NCBI GenBank assembly: GCA_937911635.1
Contig: CALDQI010000531.1
Coordinates: forward strand, 1-39,830
DNA length: 39,830 nt
Source: an uncultured Pseudomonadota bacterium
GTDB taxonomy: Bacteria; Myxococcota_A; UBA796
Reading direction: 5' to 3'
Part shown: piece by piece, positions 17,572 through 26,809 of the stretch
Layout of the letters: each line of letters opens with the position of its first letter
Position numbering within the stretch: position 1 is the stretch's first letter
Made by a program: the position numbers and the translations under genes
Notes under the pieces: generated by a model
Databases searched by the model: none
Seen by the model: the letters and a program-made list of their open reading frames with translations, nothing else
What the model was told of the DNA's origin: nothing

Positions 17572-18414
17572 ATGCGTCTCCAAGTCCAAAACATCAATCT
17601 TGATATCATCAGTGTAGGCGGTTTATATACAGTCGTCCAACTTCCCAATTTCAAAGTTTCTGTCGACTTGGGAATCTGTCCCCGTTCCGCCTTCAATAAA
17701 GGACACGTTTTCTTTACGCACACACACGCCGATCACATATCAGGTGTCATACGGCATTGCGCCAGTCGAAGATTGCTTGGATTGACACCACCTACCTATG
17801 TGATTGGTGCAGAAGATGCTGAAAACTTTACCAATTTCATGAGCGTCGCCGGTAAGATGGTTCGATCCGATATGGAATACAACATTAAAGTTGTGAGACC
17901 TGGCGATCGCATCGTCATCAACAAACAGTTGTGTGCACGTAGTTATCGTTCCATTCACAAGGCTCCTTGTCAAGGATATGTATTCTTTGAACTTCGCAAC
18001 AAATTGAAACCCGAATACCATGGACTTCCCCCTTCTGATTTACAGGGATTGAGAGAGGCTGGTTTTACGTTGTCTACAGAGATCGAAACACCACTTGTTT
18101 CATATACGGGTGACACCACCATTGATGTATTTCACCGTGAAACCATCCTCCAACAAGTCAAAGTTCTCATTACAGAAGTCACCTTCTTTGACAAGGACGT
18201 CGATAAAAAGGAAGCTAAACGACGCGGGCATATGCACATTGATGATATCATAGACAATCCCAATTTGTTTCAGCAACCTGCCATTGTCTTAATGCATGCT
18301 TCTTCAAGATTTCCCGGTGATGCTGTCAAAGAAATCCTACACTCGCGTGTTCCTACCGATATTCTAGACCGAATTCATTTGGTCCCCAATGATGCACCTT
18401 TAGATGGATTTTAA
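17572..18414 (+). CDS. Metallo-beta-lactamase-fold hydrolase (RNase Z/BN-like)
   Basis: HTHADHISG motif after an N-terminal beta-strand region. I chose the ATG at 17572 (MRLQVQNINLD). No SD was seen. Confidence 0.75.
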   Translation: MRLQVQNINLDIISVGGLYTVVQLPNFKVSVDLGICPRSAFNKGHVFFTHTHADHISGVIRHCASRRLLGLTPPTYVIGAEDAENFTNFMSVAGKMVRSDMEYNIKVVRPGDRIVINKQLCARSYRSIHKAPCQGYVFFELRNKLKPEYHGLPPSDLQGLREAGFTLSTEIETPLVSYTGDTTIDVFHRETILQQVKVLITEVTFFDKDVDKKEAKRRGHMHIDDIIDNPNLFQQPAIVLMHASSRFPGDAVKEILHSRVPTDILDRIHLVPNDAPLDGF

Positions 18415-18433
18415 TGTTCTGATACATCTTATG

Positions 18434-19852
18434 CTATTCAGATTCCCAGCCTTCTGGTACCTGACAGCTGTTGCCTATAGATAAACTCGAATATGTGTAT
18501 GAGCTACTGACATCTGTATTTTCCAACACCATTCTCCAATCTTCAGGAATTCCATCTGTACCATATTGAGCGTACCATCCTGGGCTATATCCGACTAGAC
18601 TGTACCAATACACTTCAGAAGGTTTTCTGGGCTCCTGTAAAAATACAAAGGCCAGTGTAGAAGAATCTTTACAAACGGCTCCCAATCGACTGTCTGTCGA
18701 CACGATATCGCTTCCCTGTTGAGGCACTCCACTGTCATACTCTGATGGTTCTCCACTGAAGACCAATGGAACAAAAGCGGCTACATCTACCGCTGAAGAC
18801 CACTGCTTATAATAAGAAGAATCCACTGGGAAAGACAGCCCAAAGAACTGATCTGACGATGGCTGGCCCCAAATCTCAATCGACCATGAAATAGCGCTGT
18901 CTTGTACATACATTGATAGACCTGTAGACACAGAAGTGTTGTCTACCAACCAGTGTGACGGCAATAAATCAATGCTGAACTCATCTCCAAAATCTGCCTC
19001 TGCAGAAATAGAACCCAATCCGTTCACCTGATACCTAGGTAGAAATGCACTGTTGTCCAACACTACCTGCTCTAGTTGTTCTAGGCTGTCTAAGGGTTCA
19101 ACCAACACCATCTCACCTTGCACAAACTGCGCGAGATTCCATCCCTGTTCGAAACCCAAGTCTTCGAAAGCACCTTCTGGGAAATCCTCTACGTACACCG
19201 GCAACGTATCTGAACCCCAGTCGTACATATCAGCATTGACGACAGTTGCATCAGACACTTCTGTTGTGGGATCGGGTGTAGCCGCCTCCGAGTATGTTGA
19301 TACACAGCTCACCTTGTCGGTGTTGCTCTCTGTCAATGTTAGCGCTTCACAGCTGACCGACTGTTGTACAAAAGTTGCAGGATAATAGATTGCGATCGAT
19401 ACGGTTATGTCGTCCCCATTGCTTTCTTCTCCCACAACAATATCGCTCAAATCACTGGCGGCCGGGGTCGGTAAAGAAATCGAAAATATACAATCATCCA
19501 TACCGTCTGTTTGAGAATATTCTATGTTCGAATATCCCAAAGGAATCCTTGACACCTCGTTGTAGAACAGTGCCTCAGATTCATTGTCGACATTCAAAGT
19601 ACCAGGCATCATCCGAGTCAATGTCATGGTTCGCTTCTTTACATCGGTACATGTCATAGAGGGTGAGCGAAATGTCATTTCAGCAGGCACTTCCTCTATT
19701 GTTCCAGTGTCTTCAGTGTCTGAAGTGTCTGTCGGTCCGGTATCTGAAGTATCGTTGGTCCCTGTATCCTGAACAACATCCACCTCTTCACGTGAAGTAA
19801 TATCTGTATAAGACGGTGTGTCTTCGGTACAAGCCAACAAAACCCATATCAT
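18434..19852 (-). CDS. Highly acidic lipoprotein (472 aa), unknown function
   Basis: Leader MIWVLLAC, then Thr/Asp-rich repeats DTGTNDTSDTGPTDTSDTEDTGT. ATGA overlap with the OmpA-family gene stop. An in-frame stop at 19871-19873 fixes the start. Confidence 0.7.
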   Translation of the reverse strand: MIWVLLACTEDTPSYTDITSREEVDVVQDTGTNDTSDTGPTDTSDTEDTGTIEEVPAEMTFRSPSMTCTDVKKRTMTLTRMMPGTLNVDNESEALFYNEVSRIPLGYSNIEYSQTDGMDDCIFSISLPTPAASDLSDIVVGEESNGDDITVSIAIYYPATFVQQSVSCEALTLTESNTDKVSCVSTYSEAATPDPTTEVSDATVVNADMYDWGSDTLPVYVEDFPEGAFEDLGFEQGWNLAQFVQGEMVLVEPLDSLEQLEQVVLDNSAFLPRYQVNGLGSISAEADFGDEFSIDLLPSHWLVDNTSVSTGLSMYVQDSAISWSIEIWGQPSSDQFFGLSFPVDSSYYKQWSSAVDVAAFVPLVFSGEPSEYDSGVPQQGSDIVSTDSRLGAVCKDSSTLAFVFLQEPRKPSEVYWYSLVGYSPGWYAQYGTDGIPEDWRMVLENTDVSSSYTYSSLSIGNSCQVPEGWESE

Positions 19853-20904
19853 TTCATCCCCCCCACAATCTTAAATTCAACGCGTCGATTTCGCTCTTTA
19901 CCAGCTGCAGTAGCGTTGGTATCAATGGGTTTATCCTCCCCATATCCTTTGGCCTGCAACCGTTCTTCTGAAATACCAGCATCAATCAAATACTGCCGAA
20001 CAGAATTGGCTCGTTGATCAGACAATTTGCGGTTGTAAGATGCGGATCCATCAGAATCTGTATGGCCTTGAACTTCTACACTGATTCGGTCGTAATCTTT
20101 CATGGCTTGGGCGACAGAATTCAAAATGCTGTAGCTCTTTGGTAAAATGATTGCTTTTGCGGTTTCAAAATAAATCTTTTCTTCAATCACAATCTCGGTG
20201 TCTGTCACGCGAACACCTTTTGGTGCTGCATCCGGACAACCATCCGCATCCATATATCCATTTTTTGTTTCAGGCTGCGTTTTACATCGATCGACATCAT
20301 CCATGACACCATCATTGTCAGTGTCCACCAAATCTTCTGGACACCCATCGTCATCCTGAAAGGCATCGTAATCTTCTGGCTCATTTGGACATTGGTCCTG
20401 TGTATCTACCAAGCCGTCCTTGTCGTTGTCATACTCCGGACACCCATCGTCATCTTGAAAGTCATCATAATCTTCCGCAACGGTACTGCACTGATCTTGA
20501 TCATCAAAGATTTTATCCCCATCGGTATCCTTTTCAGGGCACCCATCGTCATCTTGATAATCATTGAACGTCTCAGGTACCTTAGGACACTGATCAATGT
20601 GATCCAAAATTCCATCACCATCATTGTCTCGCGGTCTACACTCATTTGCAATGGTCAACGCTTGATCCACATTCTCTAAGGCATGGGTTAAATGCTCCTC
20701 AGCTCGAATGGTAGCCCCTTGTCTAAACTCCATCTCTGCAAACACCTTATGGCTCGTAGCAGCAGCCATTTCGTTCGGTGCACATTCTTTGGTCCAAGGA
20801 TCTTGCTCTGCCATAACCAGCTTCATCTCCAAATCTGAATGAAGAACTTGTACCGGTCCATACTTCACACAAGCAATGACACTCATCCATAATATCGACA
20901 TCAT
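19849..20904 (-). CDS. OmpA-family peptidoglycan-binding lipoprotein with thrombospondin type 3 (DDDGCPE) repeats
   Basis: Leader MMSILWMSVIAC. At least four D.DGD/DDDGCPE calcium-binding-type repeats. C-terminal OmpA_C motifs GHTDSDGSASYNRKLSDQRANSV and NRRVEF. Confidence 0.88.
   Translation of the reverse strand: MMSILWMSVIACVKYGPVQVLHSDLEMKLVMAEQDPWTKECAPNEMAAATSHKVFAEMEFRQGATIRAEEHLTHALENVDQALTIANECRPRDNDGDGILDHIDQCPKVPETFNDYQDDDGCPEKDTDGDKIFDDQDQCSTVAEDYDDFQDDDGCPEYDNDKDGLVDTQDQCPNEPEDYDAFQDDDGCPEDLVDTDNDGVMDDVDRCKTQPETKNGYMDADGCPDAAPKGVRVTDTEIVIEEKIYFETAKAIILPKSYSILNSVAQAMKDYDRISVEVQGHTDSDGSASYNRKLSDQRANSVRQYLIDAGISEERLQAKGYGEDKPIDTNATAAGKERNRRVEFKIVGGMK
20234..20640 (-). repeat. In-gene tandem coding repeats (thrombospondin type 3 units), ~99-nt period
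   Basis: GG(A/G)CACCCATCGTCATC(C/T)TGA recurs at 20339, 20438 and 20537, with a degenerate copy at 20234. Each encodes QDDDGCPE on the minus strand. Confidence 0.85.
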
Positions 20905-21197
20905 TTATCTGCTCCATCTGAATTGAAGTCTACATTTGAAGAATCATCCGTTTCCAATTCTGAAACTTCTGCGGCTTTATTCATCCACATCACTGCCTCC
21001 GCAGCCAGAATCTCTGCATCTTGAAACTGCGAGGAAGCATACTCTTCTTTCGCTTTATTTCTATACTCTTCAGCCATTGCCCATTCAAATTGAGATTCTC
21101 TATTTTTAGGCGTATTGAGGGTGTCATATTGTTTATCCATCTGCAACATAGACACGCCACTCTTAAGAGAACACCCAAGCATAAACCAAGCCAACAT
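20901..21197 (-). CDS. Small helical lipoprotein (98 aa), DUF4398-like
   Basis: Leader MLAWFMLGC with GGAGA SD upstream. Helical AEEYRNKAKEEY...AEILAAEA pattern, as in the small lipoproteins found next to OmpA-family genes. 4-nt overlap with the next gene. Confidence 0.6.
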   Translation of the reverse strand: MLAWFMLGCSLKSGVSMLQMDKQYDTLNTPKNRESQFEWAMAEEYRNKAKEEYASSQFQDAEILAAEAVMWMNKAAEVSELETDDSSNVDFNSDGADK

Positions 21198-21312
21198 ACA
21201 ATCTCCTCATTCATGTGTCTCAAAACATTGTAAGCCCAACATGAAACCATGCTCAAAATATAACACATCTGCATTCAACAATTGGAGTCGATCCATATGT
21301 CGAAGGAAAAAA

Positions 21313-23358
21313 CTACTCTACCCGTCGCTCTAACAAGGCTGAATTGTTCCACTGAGACAAATCAAAAATAGCCATTTCATATCGTCTAGGCATATCTTGC
21401 ACCGGTTTTTGAACTTCTTGTGAAGCCCATGGAATCCAAGCCGGCCCCACTGGAAACTGTTCTGTTTTACCGGGCCATTCAAAAGCCTCTTGTTCGATGA
21501 TTTTATCCGGTTCGAGTCCCAGAACGGATGTTAAATTTCGAACCACATCTCGATACAAAACATCCCCTTGATTTGGATCTGTCAGATAATAGCCTCGTTG
21601 ATGAACGATGAGCCATCTGTAATCTCCATATTCCATTAAAATCTGCAAATCTTTGGAGGAAAAATTGCTCCACTCCATTTCCAACGGATTTCTGGAAACA
21701 TCTCGAAACCAATCTTCCATTTTATCACCACGTGGCTCAGATTTGGCTAGCCATCGCATTCTTTTCCCTTCCAGCCCCCCTCCAGAGTGACGAATCCAAG
21801 GTGGAATCGCAGGGACAGTTGCCCAAGAACGATATACTTTTCGTCGATGTATAGATTGATATGTACACAGTAAGTCTTGCTGTTGTTCCAGAGGCAATTC
21901 AATAATTCCTTCCCAACCGTCGGAATCTAATTCTTGGTACCACTCTGGTATTTTCATTGCGGATATCTGAAGTGGTATCCGCCACATGGATGGCTTTGCA
22001 TCCCATTCGGCCAATTCTTCCAAATCAAAACGATAAAAAGGCTGGAGGACAATGGCAAATATCAAAACGAAACCACCCCATCGCTTCCATGTTTCGTTTA
22101 ATCTGTCCATATTGACAGCAACCAATATCACAGCGCACACCACTACCATTGATGCCATGCGATATGGCGCAAACATTCTAGACATCCCCGGAATATATTG
22201 AAACATCCAAGCGTATGGAAGACGCACAACATAGTCTCCCAGCATAAATACGTCTGCCGTATCTTTTTGCGCACCGAGTTTGAGAAATGGTCCTAGGGTA
22301 CCAAGCCAAAAAATGGTCCACAACACTAGCCATATACGGGCCTTCTTCACACGAAATGCTGGCAACACGCCAACCAAAAATACCGCCAACGGAAAGGCTA
22401 GCACCCCATGTCTTGGATCCAGAACGTAATCCGCAGGCCAAGCAGAATCAATACCCCTATGCAAAGAAGACAATACATTTTCTCGGTAGCTAGTAGGTCT
22501 TTGGGGAGTGGTCACAATCGTATCGTATTGAGGATACGGCACGAAAAATGTCACTTCCGGAAGCTCTTCAGCCCCTCCTTTGCCAGATTCGTCAGAATTG
22601 GCTGAGAAATAGGGCATCAGAAAGAAAAACACACCAAGTAAAGCCGTGACGCCCGCCGAAGATATCCATCTCCTTGCGATGCCGAAAGGGGGTCTGGTTG
22701 TCCACAAAAACCAAAGCAGCCACACCAACCCAAACAAACCAGCAAAAAGACCGTAAAACCAATAAAATGCAGAGATTAAAGAAAAGCACAGACCTACGAG
22801 CATCCCATCCAACACTGTACCTGTACGTCCTGCTCTTTTTAACAGTGCAGGAAACAACAGAAGCCACCAAAGCAGGGTTTGTCTCAATCCCAGCTTATTG
22901 ATGTCCTGAATAACGAGTGGATTCACAATGGCAATCGATCCAGCCGCCAAAGATACCATCCAAGAATTGGTAAAGCACCGTGCCAGCACGTAACCACAGA
23001 TACCATTACCCATCAGAATGATCAGAATCTTGGCATTGTGATCAAGCCCAACTCCCAACCATTCGCGAAGAGGAAAGGTAAACAGCAATATGTCAAGAAT
23101 ATTCCCTGTTTCCGGGAAACGACCCAAACCAATCAGAGACTCTATGCTGCCCCACAATCCAAAATCTTCCTGTTCAAGTGCTTTAACCTCACTGTAGTGC
23201 CACCACTGACGCCAAAACCAGCCCCCAAGTTCTCCACCTCCAACGATCACTTCTGTTGGATGCATCACCATTGGCCAGGTTAGTGCCGAAGACAGAAGCG
23301 CAAACCATACAAAGGCCAGTGTACATTCTAAGAGAGTCGTTTTCCAAGATTGGCTCAT
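21313..23358 (-). CDS. Polytopic membrane protein (681 aa), GT-C-like glycosyltransferase candidate
   Basis: More than 10 hydrophobic helices and a C-terminal soluble domain. The N-terminal LTWP motif and Trp-rich first loop are shared with the upstream paralogue. The functional call is weak. Confidence 0.6.
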   Translation of the reverse strand: MSQSWKTTLLECTLAFVWFALLSSALTWPMVMHPTEVIVGGGELGGWFWRQWWHYSEVKALEQEDFGLWGSIESLIGLGRFPETGNILDILLFTFPLREWLGVGLDHNAKILIILMGNGICGYVLARCFTNSWMVSLAAGSIAIVNPLVIQDINKLGLRQTLLWWLLLFPALLKRAGRTGTVLDGMLVGLCFSLISAFYWFYGLFAGLFGLVWLLWFLWTTRPPFGIARRWISSAGVTALLGVFFFLMPYFSANSDESGKGGAEELPEVTFFVPYPQYDTIVTTPQRPTSYRENVLSSLHRGIDSAWPADYVLDPRHGVLAFPLAVFLVGVLPAFRVKKARIWLVLWTIFWLGTLGPFLKLGAQKDTADVFMLGDYVVRLPYAWMFQYIPGMSRMFAPYRMASMVVVCAVILVAVNMDRLNETWKRWGGFVLIFAIVLQPFYRFDLEELAEWDAKPSMWRIPLQISAMKIPEWYQELDSDGWEGIIELPLEQQQDLLCTYQSIHRRKVYRSWATVPAIPPWIRHSGGGLEGKRMRWLAKSEPRGDKMEDWFRDVSRNPLEMEWSNFSSKDLQILMEYGDYRWLIVHQRGYYLTDPNQGDVLYRDVVRNLTSVLGLEPDKIIEQEAFEWPGKTEQFPVGPAWIPWASQEVQKPVQDMPRRYEMAIFDLSQWNNSALLERRVE

Positions 23359-25118
23359 GCATCGTCTCCACTCGACAGTAAGGGCAACTGATATACCACA
23401 ACACCATCTTCATATCTTGTTGGATCACCGAACAACGCCTCCAAAACCTGATGGGTCTGCGTCAATTTAAAGGACGGATAAAAGGACTCATGCACGACAA
23501 TGTATCGATACCCTTGTCTAGACAACACCCTAGAAGAAACCACCAAATCCAACTGAGGCAGCAGCGCAGGAAGCGTTCGAGCGTGTGTGGCTTCGATACG
23601 CAGTAAGATCTGAGTCAATAAATTTTGCCGTAGAGGAGTCGGCATTGGATCGTTCAACCCCCAAGGAATCGGTCGTTCATGTACAGACTGATTCCATACA
23701 TAAATCGCTCGCTCAAGATTCGGTAAACTGAGGGGTAAATCCAATACTGCACCCTCAACGGGATCCTTTCTCATGTCATAATAGGCCTGAGACACCTCGG
23801 CCTTTGCGTGAGGTATCGGTAATGTTGCAGGTGAGAAGTGGGTAAGTTCAGTCCAGATCATCAATGGCAATACCGTTAAGACGACAAGTTTCAGAAGTAG
23901 ATTTTGTTTTCTAAATACCACCCGCAATCCTTGACTGGCCAGTACTGCGATGGCCAAGTTTACCCCTACTACAAATCGAAATGGATGGGAAATACGGTCA
24001 AATATGGGAAAAGCCTTGTACAAGACTAGAAAAGGCAATGGGATTCTCTTTCCATTCCACAGCAAATACTCTCCACCAACATGCAAGTACGGTCCCAAGC
24101 AAAAGACAAAGAAAAGCAGACCAAAGATCACCCAAAGTTTCCAATCTTCTTTGCGTCTCTCTTTCCAGATTCCAACCATCGCTAGACCCAATCCAACCCA
24201 GCCCAAATAGATGATGATCATCAGCTCCTCACCATACAAAGTCTGCAGATCGGGAATGGGAATTTTACTCAACTGAAAAAATGCTTGTACGTCAGTAATA
24301 TTGTGATTGAGTAAAGAACGCTCCACAAATTCTGGATCACGAGTCACAATTGCATTGTCAGCGGATAAAGAGGCTCGAAATGAAAGGACCGGTCCCAAAA
24401 CAATTGTTCCAGCAACGACGGCAGATATCAAAACATGTCGAAACACATCTTTCATGTTGTATAGCCACGACCGTTTCCAGAAGGACCAGACCAAAATCAA
24501 CAACGATCCCAAAATGCTAAACAAGCCGTAATACCAGCTTGTTAAAACACACATAGCCCCCAATACACCCAAGTTCAATGCCCTCTTGAAACTGGGACGC
24601 TCCATCATGCGAAGCAGTGCCCACAATGTCATTGGAAACCAACCTGCACAAACCGTTTCAGATATTCCATTGTAACTTTGTCCCATCAAGTGCGCAGACA
24701 TCTCAAACAAAAATAGCGCCGCAAATGACGCCCACATATCAGAGGTGACTTTATATGCCAAGAGCCATGCACCGACCCCTGCCAGTGCAAGTTCTCCCAG
24801 CATGATGCAGTTGAAAGCAGCGGCAGGTCCAAACAACAGAGAAATGGGTAAAGACAGAAGAACTTGAATTGTATCGATAAAATACAGCGTTCCCCCTCTC
24901 GGAAACGCCAATCCATTTGCTTCTGTTGGCCAACGACCTGACAACAATTCCTCAGATACCCACCAATACCCCCAAACGTGATTCCAAGTATCATTGCCCG
25001 GATGCCCAACAAGTGTTGTTTGTAAAGACAAACCTACAGGCCACGTGAGTGCAATAGATAGCAAAAAAGCAACCACCACAACTACAATTGAGATATGTTT
25101 TTGGGAAAGTGTACGCAT
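23355..25118 (-). CDS. Polytopic membrane protein (587 aa), paralogue of the downstream gene, GT-C-like candidate
   Basis: IALTWPVGL...GNDTWNHVWGYWWVSEEL compares with ALTWPMVMH...GGWFWRQWWHYSEV in the neighbour. Many TM helices. 4-nt ATGA overlap with the next gene. Confidence 0.6.
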   Translation of the reverse strand: MRTLSQKHISIVVVVVAFLLSIALTWPVGLSLQTTLVGHPGNDTWNHVWGYWWVSEELLSGRWPTEANGLAFPRGGTLYFIDTIQVLLSLPISLLFGPAAAFNCIMLGELALAGVGAWLLAYKVTSDMWASFAALFLFEMSAHLMGQSYNGISETVCAGWFPMTLWALLRMMERPSFKRALNLGVLGAMCVLTSWYYGLFSILGSLLILVWSFWKRSWLYNMKDVFRHVLISAVVAGTIVLGPVLSFRASLSADNAIVTRDPEFVERSLLNHNITDVQAFFQLSKIPIPDLQTLYGEELMIIIYLGWVGLGLAMVGIWKERRKEDWKLWVIFGLLFFVFCLGPYLHVGGEYLLWNGKRIPLPFLVLYKAFPIFDRISHPFRFVVGVNLAIAVLASQGLRVVFRKQNLLLKLVVLTVLPLMIWTELTHFSPATLPIPHAKAEVSQAYYDMRKDPVEGAVLDLPLSLPNLERAIYVWNQSVHERPIPWGLNDPMPTPLRQNLLTQILLRIEATHARTLPALLPQLDLVVSSRVLSRQGYRYIVVHESFYPSFKLTQTHQVLEALFGDPTRYEDGVVVYQLPLLSSGDDA

Positions 25119-25151
25119 CGATTCAGAGAAAAGAAGAGATTAGGAGTGTCA

Positions 25152-26009
25152 ATGGTGTTTAACACATCCAAATGGTTGTATAACACAACAATGCTTGGTA
25201 TTGTTCTGTCCGGCATCGCTTGCCAGACAGATCCCACGCCAATGCCTACGGAAGAGCTTGTCACTCAAACTGTAGAATTGGATCCTGTATACCAGCTCAT
25301 CTATGATACTCACGCTATGAGAACACCAGATTCAAATCAGCAACGGGTTCGAATTCTATTGTGGTTAAATCGAATGAACTGCAACCTCTCTCAGCTACAA
25401 AAGCTCGATGATCTAAGAAATCTCGCGGCAGAGAAATACGCCTCACTACAAGAAATTGAACTTCGTGAAGCACAAAAGGCTCAAGAACTGTACACACCTT
25501 TATTCAATCAGCTGTGGGATTCTATGCGTACAGGATCAGATCTCAGCGATCCTCAAATCCAAGATGCCGTACAAAATTTTCAAGCCAATGTAGAATTGGA
25601 AAAGGGGTCACCAAGTCTGGATATACGTCTAGAGACCATCAAATCCATTCTCGATGCCGAAGATGACTTCTTACGCTCCTTGTCTCCAGAACAAGAATCG
25701 ACAATTGTCGATGCGCTGTATTTCTTACGCTACAAACTGGATCCCATTGGAAATCCAAAAGACTTTTCACTGCTCATTGGAAATACATTTGAGCCTGGTC
25801 AATACGCCATTTTGTTAAAAGGTACCAGTGAATTGGCGCAGCAATCAGGAAATATCGGTGGATTGTGGAGTGATCAACCAGAACTAACAGGACGTGTGTT
25901 ACACGAAGCAAAACGAGAAGTGGTTCTCTATTTAATTTTGTTGGAACCTGCTTTGGAAGAGGCCATACGGGCTGCAATTGCACTCCAGACCCAATCCAAC
26001 ACACCGTAG
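25152..26009 (+). CDS. Helical lipoprotein (285 aa), unknown function
   Basis: ATG at 25152 lies 5 nt after GGAG (25143-25146). Lipobox LSGIAC. Mostly helical, Q/E/L-rich. Confidence 0.65.
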   Translation: MVFNTSKWLYNTTMLGIVLSGIACQTDPTPMPTEELVTQTVELDPVYQLIYDTHAMRTPDSNQQRVRILLWLNRMNCNLSQLQKLDDLRNLAAEKYASLQEIELREAQKAQELYTPLFNQLWDSMRTGSDLSDPQIQDAVQNFQANVELEKGSPSLDIRLETIKSILDAEDDFLRSLSPEQESTIVDALYFLRYKLDPIGNPKDFSLLIGNTFEPGQYAILLKGTSELAQQSGNIGGLWSDQPELTGRVLHEAKREVVLYLILLEPALEEAIRAAIALQTQSNTP

Positions 26010-26809
26010 TTTATCGCTTGTATAGATTTCATTCTGACGCCCCGTGCTTGGTCTCTGAATACAGCTCTCAACAGATAGAGAGACCAAATGATTGGTCCCC
26101 TCCGCAAAGAATTGTACAGACACAAATGACCATAGACTGAAAACCTCAGTCCTTTGAGACTGTTTGAATCCAGTGATGCACCCCCAACATGTCGACAGAG
26201 CGTCCTTTCTACCACCAACAATTCAAAACCAGAATGTTTTGCCGTAGCCGTTAGATGAAGATCTTCGAATCCATGGTGAAATCTGGAATCAAAACGCAAA
26301 TTGGATGGCATCAACAGACAGGTTCCTAGAAGAGCATCCACTCGACTTGAACGATTTTGATTGAGTTGAACCAAGCCCCAAGAACGAATGGTTACACCGT
26401 AAAATCGATGTCCTTTAGATTGAATCACTGGAGATAGCAACCTATTGGATTGAGCCATTTGCATGAGGTATTTCACATCATCCAGTTCAATCCAGGCATC
26501 GTCATTCAAAACCAAAACAAATCGAAACCCAAGCGTTTCAATTATACTCAAACCGATATTGACAGTATTGGTAAATCCACTGTCACCGGAAGAACGAATA
26601 CAGTTTAGATTAGAGTGAGCGGCCATCCAAGGGGTCCAATCACTTTGAATAATTCCATCATCAACGACAACTGTTGGAAACTGTTTTAGATGGTTCAGCA
26701 ACGGAAGAAGCAAATCCTCTCTGTGATGAAATGGGATCAAAATGCAACAGGAGGTCTCTGGATTTTCATCAGCTGGAGATTTATGGAGGCGCATCGTTTG
26801 GAATTCCAA
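25928..26809 (-). CDS. Family 2 glycosyltransferase
   Basis: CCILIPFHHR, VVVDDG, GFTNTVNIG, VLNDDAW, FHHGFEDLHL. The start could instead be at 26794 (MRLHKS). Confidence 0.8.
   Translation of the reverse strand: MEFQTMRLHKSPADENPETSCCILIPFHHREDLLLPLLNHLKQFPTVVVDDGIIQSDWTPWMAAHSNLNCIRSSGDSGFTNTVNIGLSIIETLGFRFVLVLNDDAWIELDDVKYLMQMAQSNRLLSPVIQSKGHRFYGVTIRSWGLVQLNQNRSSRVDALLGTCLLMPSNLRFDSRFHHGFEDLHLTATAKHSGFELLVVERTLCRHVGGASLDSNSLKGLRFSVYGHLCLYNSLRRGPIIWSLYLLRAVFRDQARGVRMKSIQAINYGVLDWVWSAIAARMASSKAGSNKIK

Noticed and set aside
17509-17723. The longer start codons given in the ORF track for the divergent pair (TTG 17509 plus strand; ATG 17723 minus strand).
   Set aside because: They would make the two genes overlap by 215 nt. 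The internal ATG at 17570 has a good SD, and the extra N-terminal residues show no homology-like features.
20234-20640. Regularly spaced ~20-nt repeats that could be mistaken for a CRISPR-like array.
   Set aside because: The period is 99 nt and sits in frame inside a long ORF. The repeats encode the DDDGCPE thrombospondin type 3 motif, and no cas genes or leader are present.
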